A stretch of DNA of 63,913 bases, counting the filler, from Reticulomyxa filosa (taxonomy: Eukaryota; Protista; Foraminifera): NCBI GenBank assembly GCA_000512085.1. It is 19 parts of 19 records of this genome, joined end to end, with 100 filler letters (N's around TTAATTAATTAA, not from the genome) between each part and the next. Parts side by side here need not be neighbours in the genome. Positions count along the whole stretch, not along the records: positions 10,273 to 19,544 come from ASPP01017957.1; positions 19,645 to 20,767 come from ASPP01013507.1; positions 20,868 to 36,576 come from ASPP01023666.1; 16 more parts are not named here. One strand, 5' to 3'. Under the pieces are notes generated by a model. That model was not told where the DNA came from. It searched no databases and saw nothing but the letters and a program-made list of their open reading frames with translations. Position 1 is the first letter of the stretch. Every line of letters starts with the position of its first letter. Position numbers and translations under genes: made by a program. Below are positions 12,482 through 23,985 of the stretch, piece after piece.

Positions 12482-13266
12482 GTGTATATATGTGATTGGC
12501 TCAAATCAAGCCAAATAAAATGACTAGCGTTTACGAACAAATAATTAAAGCTCTATTGTCAAGCCAATGATATGACTGCCAAAAGCCCTTCCTCCACTGC
12601 TTCACTTCAACAAGTGCTACACAGCGGCAATCACTTGTTGAAACAACGCGTCCATGCCACGCCCAATGTCACTGCTGTGGTCAAGCTTGCTTGGCCAAAT
12701 CAGCACATTTCCTTTGTATGTTTTTTTTTATATTATTATTATTTTTTTTTTTTTTTCTAATTGCGTGTCATGTTTGCTCTTGTTTGAAAACAGCTTGTCT
12801 CGGAACTGGGACAAATTGTCGATTACGACAAACCCAGGCCCCCGGTTGTGCATGCGAAGAGAATCGATCACTGCTGTGTTCAAGTGAGTTGTTTGTTCAT
12901 CTATGACTACATCAACAACAACAACAACAACAGCAAAACACTCCAAAACTATCAAATGTAATGCATGGTTCTGCAACAGATAGGCTGGCGAATTTTCGAC
13001 GAGGTAAACAAGGAGGATGAAAGTGACAGTGCGCATTACCACGATCATGGCCATGACGATGGCAATCAAGACACCCGATCTTGACAAAACAGCAAAAGCA
13101 AGACCTTCAAAGAAAAAAGAATGTGACGCAATATATTGACGTAAACAATTGGACGCAAGCAAACGAATTCAAGGTTGAATGGCGATTGGCAGTTGTGGCA
13201 AATGATGCAATTGCAACGGATATAAATAACAATAATAATACGTATAATAATAATAATAATAATAAT

Positions 13267-13297
<31 letters not shown>

Positions 13298-14420
13298 TAA
13301 TGATAATAACAAAAGCAATGAAAAAGTGAATCCAAATGATAACAGTACCACTATAGTAACAGATCAATTATTTGACACCCCAATGGCAACGTCGAATGTT
13401 CCGACCAAAGTACTTCGTGCACGCCGTTCTTCAACGTATGCAAGTTATGGCAGTTGGTTTGAAAGATTTTCCAAAGCGAGTTCTTCATCGCCACAGTTAC
13501 AATCACAGTCTCAATCGCAATCGCAATCGCAATCGCAGTCGCAGTTACAGTTTGATCTGCAAAACGACGAACAAAAAAATGTGAGCAATGGAATGTCTCA
13601 GGAATGGACAACGTCGGATTTGCAATGGAAAGAAAGTCAAGTATTATTGAATACATACGAATACGAAATCAACTCGTTGCATTATGACCAAAGTTATGAA
13701 ATTCGAGTAAGAGGGAGGAACCATGCCCAAAACAAGCAGCTTTCAGCACAAATGGATATTTGGAGTGATTATTCCAATCGAATCACCATTCAAACATTAC
13801 CTTTTCCAACGACAATTATGCACCCTTATGAATTGCACACATTAAATCAAATGGTCAAACAAAAATGTCTGACCAATCCGTACTTTGCAAATAAAAACTA
13901 TATTTCTAAGAATTTGGATAACTTTAAGCTTCATTTGTTGTACAGTGCCTCGAGAGACGGCTTCAACACACGTACTTTCCATCGCTTGTGCGACAATCAG
14001 GGACCTACACTTTGTGTCTTTCGCAGTGACTACAATCATGTCTTTGGGGGGTTCACTACGGTCTCATGGACGAGCCATGCAAAAGGCTGCTATCGCTCCG
14101 ATCCATATGCGTTTTTGTTTGTTTTGAGGGCCAGTGAGTCTGCCCAAAAAAAATGCCAACTTACTTGTCCAATGGTATTTGATATCGTCAAAGAAGAAAT
14201 TCGAAGTGCTGTTCATCATCACTCCTATTGGGGACCCATTTTTGGACGTGGGCACGATATATTTATCGCCAATCATGCCAACACCAACCAACACTCTTTT
14301 TGTCGCTTTCCATTCAGCTATTTTCAATATCACAAACGAGACAAGTCCAAACTTTTGAGTGGCTCCAAACACAACTTCCAACTGTTAGACATGGAAGTTT
14401 ACACTATTCGATTTGTTTGA
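11864..14420 (+). CDS. Coiled-coil / fibronectin-III / TLDc domain protein (spliced)
   Basis: C-terminal TLDc ('LLYSASRDGF...FHRLCDNQGPTL...FGGFT..W...GPIFGRGHDI...MEVY'). FN3 motifs ('FKVEWR', 'YEINSLHYDQSYEIRVRGRN', 'WSDYS'). N-terminal coiled coil 'IEKEFSTLFEELNERKQMLL'. Two apparent 1-bp frameshifts (~13080, ~13266). Confidence 0.85.
13225..13310 (+). repeat. (AAT)n microsatellite encoding poly-Asn
   Basis: Trinucleotide run inside the TLDc gene. Confidence 0.9.
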
Positions 14421-15144
14421 AATTATTACCAATGGTTAACAGTAACATAAAAAGAGGCCAGGCAACGAAAGAAAAGCCTTTTTTGATTTGTTGGTTTTTG
14501 GATGTATATTTTATTTTGATTTGCTTTCTTATTTCATTGTTAGTGGTCTTTTTTTTCCCCATTTTCTTATTCCATTAGTTATGTTAAATGTAAAGTGAGG
14601 TCAATGTTTTGCTCGTTTTGTGAATGCCAACGTAACTCGAAAAAATTTGTAGAATCTATTTTCTTTTTTTTCCTCTTTTTGCACAAATTAAAGCCAGAAA
14701 CAGGATGACCAACACAAACAAACGCAAAATTATTATGCTTTGTGGTTATTGATTTTAAGCCAAGCTTTTATTATTTTCTTTCTTTAAAAAAAAAATAAAA
14801 TTAATCAATATGAATCCTTATTTTGTTAGACACATTTAAAAAAACCATTGCATAACACTTGGTTATGTGTATGAATTGAAAAAGTGGATGCAATATTTCA
14901 TAGTTCATAAAAATTACGCTTTCTATAAAATTAAAAAATTTTTCTCAATGTTAATGAAAGAATTAAAAAAAACAACAACAAACAAACAAACAATGCAATT
15001 AAGAACGTCACAAAGAAAGAATACAGTTTTCATTTGTGTCATCAATTTCTCAAAAAAACATCCCTGCTCACAACAACACATTGGAACAGTGATTTCCAAT
15101 TGACAAATAAATACTACCCCTCCCCATCCCTTTCTTTGTCTTTT

Positions 15145-16346
15145 TCAGCGTTGATGCTTCTCAAAAATGAGTTTTGACACAGATATAACTGCAGTCAAAA
15201 AAACAATAATAAAGGTACGCATCAACAAAGTACTCAAATCACCATCATAAAACTTGGGGATTATGTCTTTTTGTGAAATAATGTTTTTAACATTGTCAAT
15301 AAAATCTAAGTTGGCCTCTTCGAGCACATATTTTGCTGCTTTGCCATAGCTATCGCTTCGCTCGTTTCTTGTTCCTTGTTCAAAAGAGTCTTTTTCAATT
15401 TCAGTGTCGTCTTTGTTTTTTGCTTGCTCATTTTTTTTCATATCATCGACACATTCGATTTCAAACTCAGTTTCTTTTTTTTCGGGCTTAGCTTGTAGCA
15501 TTACTCTTTTTTTGGGCATTATTATCGTGGATTTTCGTCGTTGAACAAAAGAGGCTATTGTCTTGGTGGTTTGTCTCATCGTTTTCATCGTTAAACGACA
15601 GTTCAAAAAGAAACGTTGCTCGGCAATAAAGCGTTCTTGAATTTGCTGAATATTCCGAAGTTCTTGCGCACCAGACCAAACGCGAATCAAACTTACCAAA
15701 AATATCAGCCACAAAAAACCGATTCCATTCCACAAGATACTTTTATATGCCGGTCCAGATATAAAATACACTCGATAAAACATAAAAGCACTAAAAAACA
15801 GCGACACCATTACTAACCATAGTGTTGGTGGTTCTTGCTTGGTAAACAACAGGCTGCCTACAAGTCAATTGGATCATTGTTATTATGTATTTATTTATTT
15901 TTGCAGTACGTATTGTATTTTGTCAAAAAATCATGTTAATGTATATGTAAATATATATTTATATATACGCATATGTACACGTACATATATTATTTTTTAC
16001 ACACCGTCGGCAGCTAAAAAAGAACGTACTTCAAGCCATCCCAGTGCATTGGAATATCGCTTCAGTGATAAAAACAAGTTACCAAATTGGCCGCGAATGT
16101 TTCTTCGTCGTGTCAACAAATAGGTCAAATCGCCCATGTAGGTTTTATACGTGTTAAAGTTGACAACGTACTGTCCTTCAATTGTCCGCAGCAAGATTTG
16201 AACCAAGATGAAGTTCGTGATAATGGCAGATATACCAACATCTGCATACTTTGAGTAGATGAAGGACTGCCCTAATATCACGCGTGTAATCCCTGGCAAT
16301 AACGCATATAATATTGCAACCAATGCAATCGTCAATTTTGTCCTTC

Positions 16347-16383
<37 letters not shown>

Positions 16384-18579
16384 TTGCTTTACAAGAGGTC
16401 TTCCAAAAAGAGTGGTACATACAGCACGTATACGTACCCAGCAAAAAAAAAAAAAAAAAAAAAAAGTAGAAAGAGAGAAGAAGGGCTCACTTGAAATCGG
16501 CTTTGATCTTAATTTGGCCCTTTCGTAGGCACGCAGAAACTCAGCGGCGGATAACTTGAACTCGTAGTATTCACCAAAGTACAATTGAATGTGGCGAAGC
16601 TTGTGCCAAGGGTCCAAAGGTGGGTCAATCAACACGTCGTAACTGATCCAAACGCTAAACAAAACCCAAAAGACGATATACAAACAAAAGGGCCCAGCTG
16701 TTTCGGTGACCGAAACTTCGGAGTTATAATAAACCACGGCAGAGGCATAATACAAGTGGAACAAGAGCAGACAATACAACGCGCTGGCAATGACGAACAG
16801 GATGCATCGTTCCACCAACTGTCCCCGCGATTGGTTTAAAAACCAGCGATAGTTACGAACAAACGCAGGTTGTTTTGCTTTGTCATCGTCGCTCTCTGGT
16901 GCATATTTTTCTTTGCGACCAACGATTAGCCCCAGCAAGTCATATGATATTGCCTCAGGACGAGTGTAATCCAAATCACGAGGATATTTGATCCACAATT
17001 CTTCGTAAGATCTGTCAAAGTTTATTTGTTTATTGGTTGATTGGTCCTTTGGCTCTTTTTTTTTTTTTTTTTTGTTAAGAACTTTTTTTAAAAAAGATGG
17101 AGGGGGGGGAAGGATTAAAACGTATACGTAAAGAGAGAGAGAAAGAGAGAGATTGTATGAACAATAAAATAAACTTGTCATAAGAAAAGGAACAAAATGC
17201 GATCAATTGCCATAACAGCCGCAACGGAAGTATCATCCCGTACATAAGCGATGTGATAAGTATGTCCCAGCGAAACTGCTTGTTGATCCGAAATTCTTTT
17301 AGTGCTAACACTGGCAACGATATTTTGTCCAAAGGGACATCTTCTTTGGAAACTTGGTCGAGACGCACTTGTGGCTGCAGCGTCAATCTTTCCTCCACTT
17401 CCATTTCTTTTGCAAACAGACGCTTTTCAAAATACCCCCGCAATTCTGTCCATACATCCACCGCACTACCTCGTGAGGGCTGTGCCGACGCGTTTCTCTT
17501 TGTGTCCGTAATGCCACCCATCCCCAACGATATTTCATTTTGTCGCTTTATCAGCTGCGCAAAGCAATCTTTCACTGTCAGCCGATTTACCGCCGTTACT
17601 TCGGCATATCCAAAGTGATATTTTTCAACGTACTGTTTTACTGTGTTCCTTTGGGCTTCCTTCGTTATAACATGAAAGACAACGTTATAAGAAAAACAAA
17701 CAAATAAGCCTTTTTTTTTTTATTATTGTTATTGTCATTATTATTATTATTATTATTGTTTAATTTACTTTTTTTTTTTTTTTGGACATTAATTTAGACT
17801 AATAACCTCACTATTTTTGGGATTGAGCCTCCCCTTTTTTTTCTGGCAAGAAATTTTTTTTTTGACCATAAATTTTTTTTTTTTTTTTTTTTTTTTTTGC
17901 CAAGGGTGCAAGATTTTTTTGCTTTTTTTTTTTTTTGGAAAGGCAGTAGCAGATATCACACAAAACATATTGATTTGGTGGGAATTCGTCAATTCGAGTA
18001 GCTGTAATAACAATTGGCAGAGAGGCGAGATTGCCATTGGTTGACTTGAGCAATTTGTCAATGTAATGCAGTGTGAAGTTCCAAGATTTGAAAAAATATT
18101 CAGGGCCGTATGCAATCACAAACAAAAATGCATCTCGTGTACGTATCCATGAGTCTTGCAACGAGGCAAATTCTTCTTGTCCAGATGTGTCCAGTATGTC
18201 TAATAATAGATTCTGATCTTCCAATGTAAATATTTTGCGGTATGAGTCTGTGGATTGAAAGAAGGGAGTAGATTGACAGAAAAGGGAGGGAGACAAGGGA
18301 TGCAATGGAGGAGGAAGGAAAAAAAAAAAAAAGCTTTATTTGTTTTTGAACGATGCTATTTACTTGTTTTTTCTCTTATTTTTTTTCTCTCTCTTCCTCT
18401 CTCTACTACTACTATTTATCATTTCCTTCAATGGTGGGATCGTGCTGTTCTTGAAATACATCATGGACAAATTGATTGATAATTGAAGTTTTGCCGACTC
18501 CAAATGAACCAAAAACACCAACATAAAAATCAGGCTCACTTTCTCGTGGCTGAAATTGAGACAAAGAATGAGCAGCCAT
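15145..18579 (-). CDS. Ras-family small GTPase fused to a PHTF-like multi-pass membrane (7TM ion-channel superfamily) domain
   Basis: Exon 1 (18579-18426): GSFGVGKT and HDPTIE. Exon 2 (from 18247): DSYRK, DTSGQEEF, TRID. Exon 3 (from 17659): YAEVTA, VKDCFAQLIK, then runs without a stop into hydrophobic segments. Later exons (ORFs 15997-17181, 15145-15849) join by in-phase GT-AG introns and carry 'GPFCLYIVFW', 'YALLPGITRV', 'NALGWLEVRSFL' and 'PKFYDGDLSTLLMRTFIIVFLTAVISV'. Confidence 0.8.
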
Positions 18580-19080
18580 CTTTGCTTATTTTATTATTAT
18601 TGATTTTTTTTCTCCTTGTCTGTGCAAGCTGTCTTTTGCTTTGACAAAAAGACTGAGCAAATTATCAATTCCTCTTAGTTGATAAAAAAACTGGTATAAT
18701 CAAGTTCAAATCAAACCCAACTTGACTAAAGTCTATTGTTGAAATGATTTATCATGAGAATTTTTTTGGGTGTTGGTATGTGGCTTCAACAAAAATTTCT
18801 AGGAAGTTTGGAAAAAATTTTTGAAGTCAAGAGAGAAGACTGTTTGGAGTAGATCGTTCAAATCGTAAATGAGATTAGATTTGACATTGCCAATAAAAAT
18901 ATTTTCTTGCTACAACAAGAACAATTTTAAGTTTTGGAACACAAGACTAAACAATTGGAAAAGTTTAAAAAAAGAACAATAAGACTTAGTTTATTTACTC
19001 CTTTTTTTCTCCTTGCTGGCCTAAGTTTTTTAACTCTTGCCGTTCTCGTGGTCTTTCTGATTGGCAATTTTTTCGGTGAC

Positions 19081-19527
19081 ATGTTCATAAGCATATTAAA
19101 CGAACTACCTAGTCATAATGTGTATGAAATGCCAACTCAACATATTAAAAAGTTGTCCTTAGAACGGCCCAGTGGTACTATACAAGGTGTACCGTTGCCG
19201 TACGTAGTCCCAACACAAATTCGTCACCACGCGAGCAGACCAAACGTGGTGTATGGCCATTTGAGTGGAGGTGGTCAAGTGTATCCACAAGTGGTGTTTA
19301 GAACAAGTGACAGCAACTACACGTGTCCAACATATAACAATGGTAAAGTCAACACGTCCGGACATGTAAAGCCACTGCTAACGACGACGCAAACGAAGGA
19401 ACAAAAGAGAGATCACACATTAGAAAACAGGAATTATGGTCAAGTGCCATTGTGTAGAGAATCAGACAATGGCATGACAATTAAATCGACTACCGTGACT
19501 GTATCACAAGCCCAGAACTCAGGCCTA
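19081..19527 (+). CDS. Hypothetical protein N-terminus (3' partial), divergent from the Ras-fusion gene
   Basis: Open frame 18934-19596 with protein-like composition from MFISIL/MPTQ onward. No family recognised. Confidence 0.45.
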
Positions 19528-19692
19528 TGTACGTGTATGTTTTTNNNNNNNNNNNNNNNNNNNNNNNNNNNNNNNNNNNNNNNNNNNNTTAATTAATTAA
19601 NNNNNNNNNNNNNNNNNNNNNNNNNNNNNNNNNNNNNNNNNNNNTTGTGGTTCTTTTTTTTTTTAAAATGAAAGGTTAAAAAAAAAAAAAAA

Positions 19693-20740
19693 GGATACGT
19701 TACTTGAAATCGAACGCATTGATATGATATCCGTACCATTGGCATTGGTGGTATTACTGTTTATTGTCCGAAGCTGGAGGGTATTGTTCATTCCATTGTT
19801 TTGCGTCGGAAGCACGATTTTTGTGTCGTTTGCAATGATGTATGGCTTAACGCATCTCCCCGGCGTGACCAAGGCGCCCTCGTTTGTGCCGTCGATGATG
19901 GAAGCCATAGCGGTGGCCATGAACATTGACTATTCGTTGTTCATTTTGTCGCGCTTTCGAGACGAGTGCTTTCGAGGCTGGAGCATTGAGCAGTCAGTAT
20001 ATATTTCGATGAGCACCGCCGGACATGTCGTGTTCATGAGTGGGTGGACGCTATTGCTATGCTTTGTTGGCATGGCAGCTTTTCCCGATGACTCGATTTA
20101 CATGTCTGGCATTGCTTGTGCGCTTGTACTGTTCATTGCCATGGCCGTCAATCTTACATTCACTCCTGCCATCTTGCTCACCTTTCCCAAATTCTTCAGC
20201 ACGTTCCAAATATGTCCGTGCTGGACAAAGAGACATCAGTTCAGCAAAATGACGCCCATTTCGTCGGAAAGTCGCAACTACTCGCTTCTGGACCCCTCTG
20301 GCAACATATCAATCCTTGGCGTGGGTGCAAGTACTCCGTCGGCCTTGAGTATCCAATACAACCAAGTCGGAGAGGACTTGGACAATCCCAAAATACTTTC
20401 TTCTGCTCCGAGCAATGTCTATGGAGATGCCCTCCTCCTCCTCCTCCCTGCTCATCACGGCGGTGCACCGGCTTCCACGAGACCCTCCAGATCCAGCTTG
20501 TTGTCCATATTCAGCCACTCGTCCACTACAGACTCACAGTACCATTTGGTCAAACGAGCTCTGGAACAGTCCAATATTCAAAGGCGTAACCAACATGAAA
20601 CTGAAACAATGAAAAAGTCGTATTGGTATCAAATGGCCAAACTCGTCGTTCGAAAACCTGTCGCTGCGTGCATTCTCGTCTTTTTGTTGGCACTCACTAT
20701 ACCCATTGGTATTCAAGTCCTTCACTTGAAAGGAAACCAA
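19693..20740 (+). CDS. MMPL/RND-family membrane transporter, internal exon
   Basis: 'SVPLALVVLLFIVRSW..LFIPL', 'AVAMNIDYSLFILSRFRDE' and 'STAGHVVFMSG' are MMPL TM2-TM6 signatures. Then 'LTFTPAILL' and 'WYQMAKLVVRKP'. Flanked by AG/GT splice sites. Confidence 0.85.
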
Positions 20741-20867
20741 GTTTGTTTTTTTTTTTTTTTTTTTTTGNNNNNNNNNNNNNNNNNNNNNNNNNNNNNNNNN
20801 NNNNNNNNNNNTTAATTAATTAANNNNNNNNNNNNNNNNNNNNNNNNNNNNNNNNNNNNNNNNNNNN

Positions 20868-20900
<33 letters not shown>

Positions 20901-20904
20901 CATA

Positions 20905-23020
20905 CCTTAAAAGTCATACCAATCCATTCTTTTGGCATCCATTCTGCTACTGCTTCAATCATAAACGGAAAGTTAAGCACATCAAAACGTCGATATATCA
21001 TTCGACAAATGGGACACTTTTGATCAAACACCCCATTCTCACGATTTTTGAATCTACGGTTATGGAGCGGATACGCGTGTAAGTCTGTCAAATGTCGACT
21101 TTGTTCCATCAGACGTTCTTCGTCTTGTTGCAACGCCTCTGTGCATTATTGAAACCCCATTGGTTTTGATAAGTTTGTGGGATGTGTGCAATAGAATACT
21201 ACAAACAAACAAAAAAAGTACCAGCAAATGGGCCATTTGGTATTTGCGTTTTTGTAATATCTCGGTACCACTTTCCAATCAAAGCAAGAACTGTTGAAGG
21301 GTCGTTATGTTCCAGGCGAGCGCTAACTGATTGCAAATCGTTTCCATTCATCACCATTTCCACACATTCTTCAATTATATCTGTATAGTATAAAAACCTG
21401 ACGTCACAGAGCGCGCGAATAGCAACCCCAGCACATTCACCATTATCAAGCTTGACTGCAACCGTTTTTTTTTTTTTTAAATAAAGAGAAAAATATTTCG
21501 TCAACAAATTATGGAACAATAACAACAAAACATTCCAACTTTTGAAAATCTAAACTTGCCCCTTCTTTAATCCAACATTTGCGATGTTTCGGCAAAGCGA
21601 TCCAGTTTCATCCAACTTCGGAAGATGCATTCGTGACGGCTGTTCATAAAGAGCCGTTTCTTCATGTTTGGCAGAACCTTTACTTGGTGCTTCGTCGTCG
21701 ACAATTGCAATTACTGTTTTGTCATTTTTTTTGCGTTTTTTTTTTGGTTGTTCCACCACTGGTTCATTTTCTTCTTCTTCTTTTTTCGTTGCGTCTTCCT
21801 CGTTTTCGACTGTGTTCTCATCGTTTGCTTTGTTCTTCTTCTCTTCCGCATCGTTACTCATTTCGCTGCGTTTTCGTTTTCGTCCAGGTTTGCGTTTTCC
21901 AGTGTACGTCTTGTTCTTGCCAAGTTCCTCATCTTCTTTGTCGGTTTCTGTCTCTAGTTGGATTATTTCTACTTCATCAGCACTCTCTGTTCAAGTTTAA
22001 CAACAAAAAAACAGCACAGCTTTACGTTAAGTCCTTCTTTTTTTTAAAAAAAAAAAAAAATAGAATGTTCAAAGTTACCATGACTATTTTTGGTAAGTTC
22101 TTTTTCATACTTTTCATTTTCACTTTCTGATTCTGGTTCTGTTTCTGTCTGTACGTATTCACTAAGTGTATCGCTTTCTGTTTCGATTTCAATTACTTCG
22201 TGTTCTTTTTCTGATTCTTCCACTTTTGCAATTTGTTTGGAAATTTGTCTTTTTTTGATCACGCCCTCTGTGTCACTTTTTTCTTCTTTTTTTTCTTGTT
22301 CTTCTTCGTTCTCATCTATTGTTTGGATAGCTGGGCTGGCTGTTCCTGTACTTCTTCTCCTCCTCCCTCTCCCTCTTTTTCGTTCTCCTTCTGTGCTGTC
22401 CTTTTTTTCTGACGAGCTGTTTTGCGTACTTGGAGATGTCATGCTGAGGCCAGATAAATCCATTTCGCTTTCCTTTTATTTTTTTTTTTTAAAAAAAAAA
22501 GAAAAAAGTAACCCAATTGATTTCATGTTTTATTAGTACCTTCAACATTTTTCTTAGTATGAACCATAGCAACACAAATCTTTGCTTACTCAACAAACTC
22601 GTTTTTGTAGGACAAAAAAAAACAAATGAGACACACGAAATGATGTCAAAAATAATCAATGTTTATTGTGTTGACTTGAAATTCTGGTGGAAATGTTTTT
22701 AGTAATGCCGCTAAAGCACGAGTATTTGAACGAGATACTCTTTTGACCGAGTTGTTTCTGTGACTGTCTTTGTGTTGTTGGACAACTGCAAAAATAGCTT
22801 TGAAGTCTTGAAACTTTTGTTTCATATAGTCTTCAGTTGACACTACATCTGGCGTTTCCTTGGAGTCCGCCTCTTTATCTGTCTCACTTACGTCTGGTGA
22901 ATTACTGTGATGTTGGAGTATTTTTTGCAAAGTTTCATTTGCTTCTATTATAACTTCATCGTCACTGCAACTCAAGTCTATAACTAGTTTAGACAAACTG
23001 CTGCTTGTTCCCGAAGTCAT
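20905..23020 (-). CDS. Hypothetical multi-exon protein with acidic/charged N-terminal half and NLS-like motifs (3' partial)
   Basis: Exons correspond to ORFs 22646-23020, 22044-22463, 21550-21861, 21199-21528 and 20816-21133. Contains 'PKKKRKK' and several V/I-x-V/I-acidic motifs. Confidence 0.6.
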
Positions 23021-23985
23021 TATTCACTTATTTGTTTTTAGATCTGAACGATTCGTTAAAAGAAAATCAATAAAAAGAAGTCGTAAAACTGGATAATAAT
23101 GTATATTGGGAGAAAAGACTCAACGTTAAAAACGTTAAACAAATCGACGACAAAACTAAAAAGTTTTGAAATGTATATATTTCATTTGTTGCTTTTGTCA
23201 AAGTGATTTTGTTAGTATTTAAAAATATCTCATTTAAATCAAATAAAATCTATTCCTCTTAGTGAACTGGTGTTCTTTTGGATTTTATTGACATTGCATT
23301 TTGTTTGCAGATTGCATTGCACTGAATTAAAGTGAGTGAGTTTGATCTATTTGTTTTAAAACACTGTTGGCTAGTACTGAATGAACATAAATACAGTAAA
23401 CTTTGCAAATAATTGTTTACTTAATTCGAACAAATAAACAACTATAATTTTTTATTAAAAAGTATTGTGAAAAATGACTCTACTAAAAAAATCAAGTGCA
23501 AAAAAAATAATACAAATGACGCTCTTTTGATGAAATTTTGATAAAAAATCACAAATGTAAATCACCTGTGCCTAACAAAAGGATTTGGAATGCAGAATAA
23601 TATTATTTCCACATAGTTAATGTGCTTAACAGCAATTGCAGGTCTTTGTTTTGAAACAAAAGGCTTAAGTTTTTGTGTTTTTGAAGTCGCTGCCGAAGAA
23701 AAACTAGTGTCCTTGGAATGTCCGATTTTTTGAAAAAGATACAAGTGGATAGCGCAATGATGTTTGATCTGGTGAGTGTTGGTTATTTATTACTTCATTG
23801 GTAGACAAAACTTCTGGACAGTGAGATGACTTCAATAGAAGAGAGCAACACAAGGACGAGAAGGGGGAAAGGGTTGAAGGAAAAAAAGGGGGAGGGAAAG
23901 AAAAACACAAGACAAATCAACAAAAACTAATGTCATAAACAAAATAAAACATGACGAAAAAAAAAAAAAAAAAAAGACAAAAACG

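Noticed and set aside
19081-20740. Joining the 19081 ORF to the MMPL exon as one gene
   Set aside because: Separated by an artificial linker, so adjacency carries no information.
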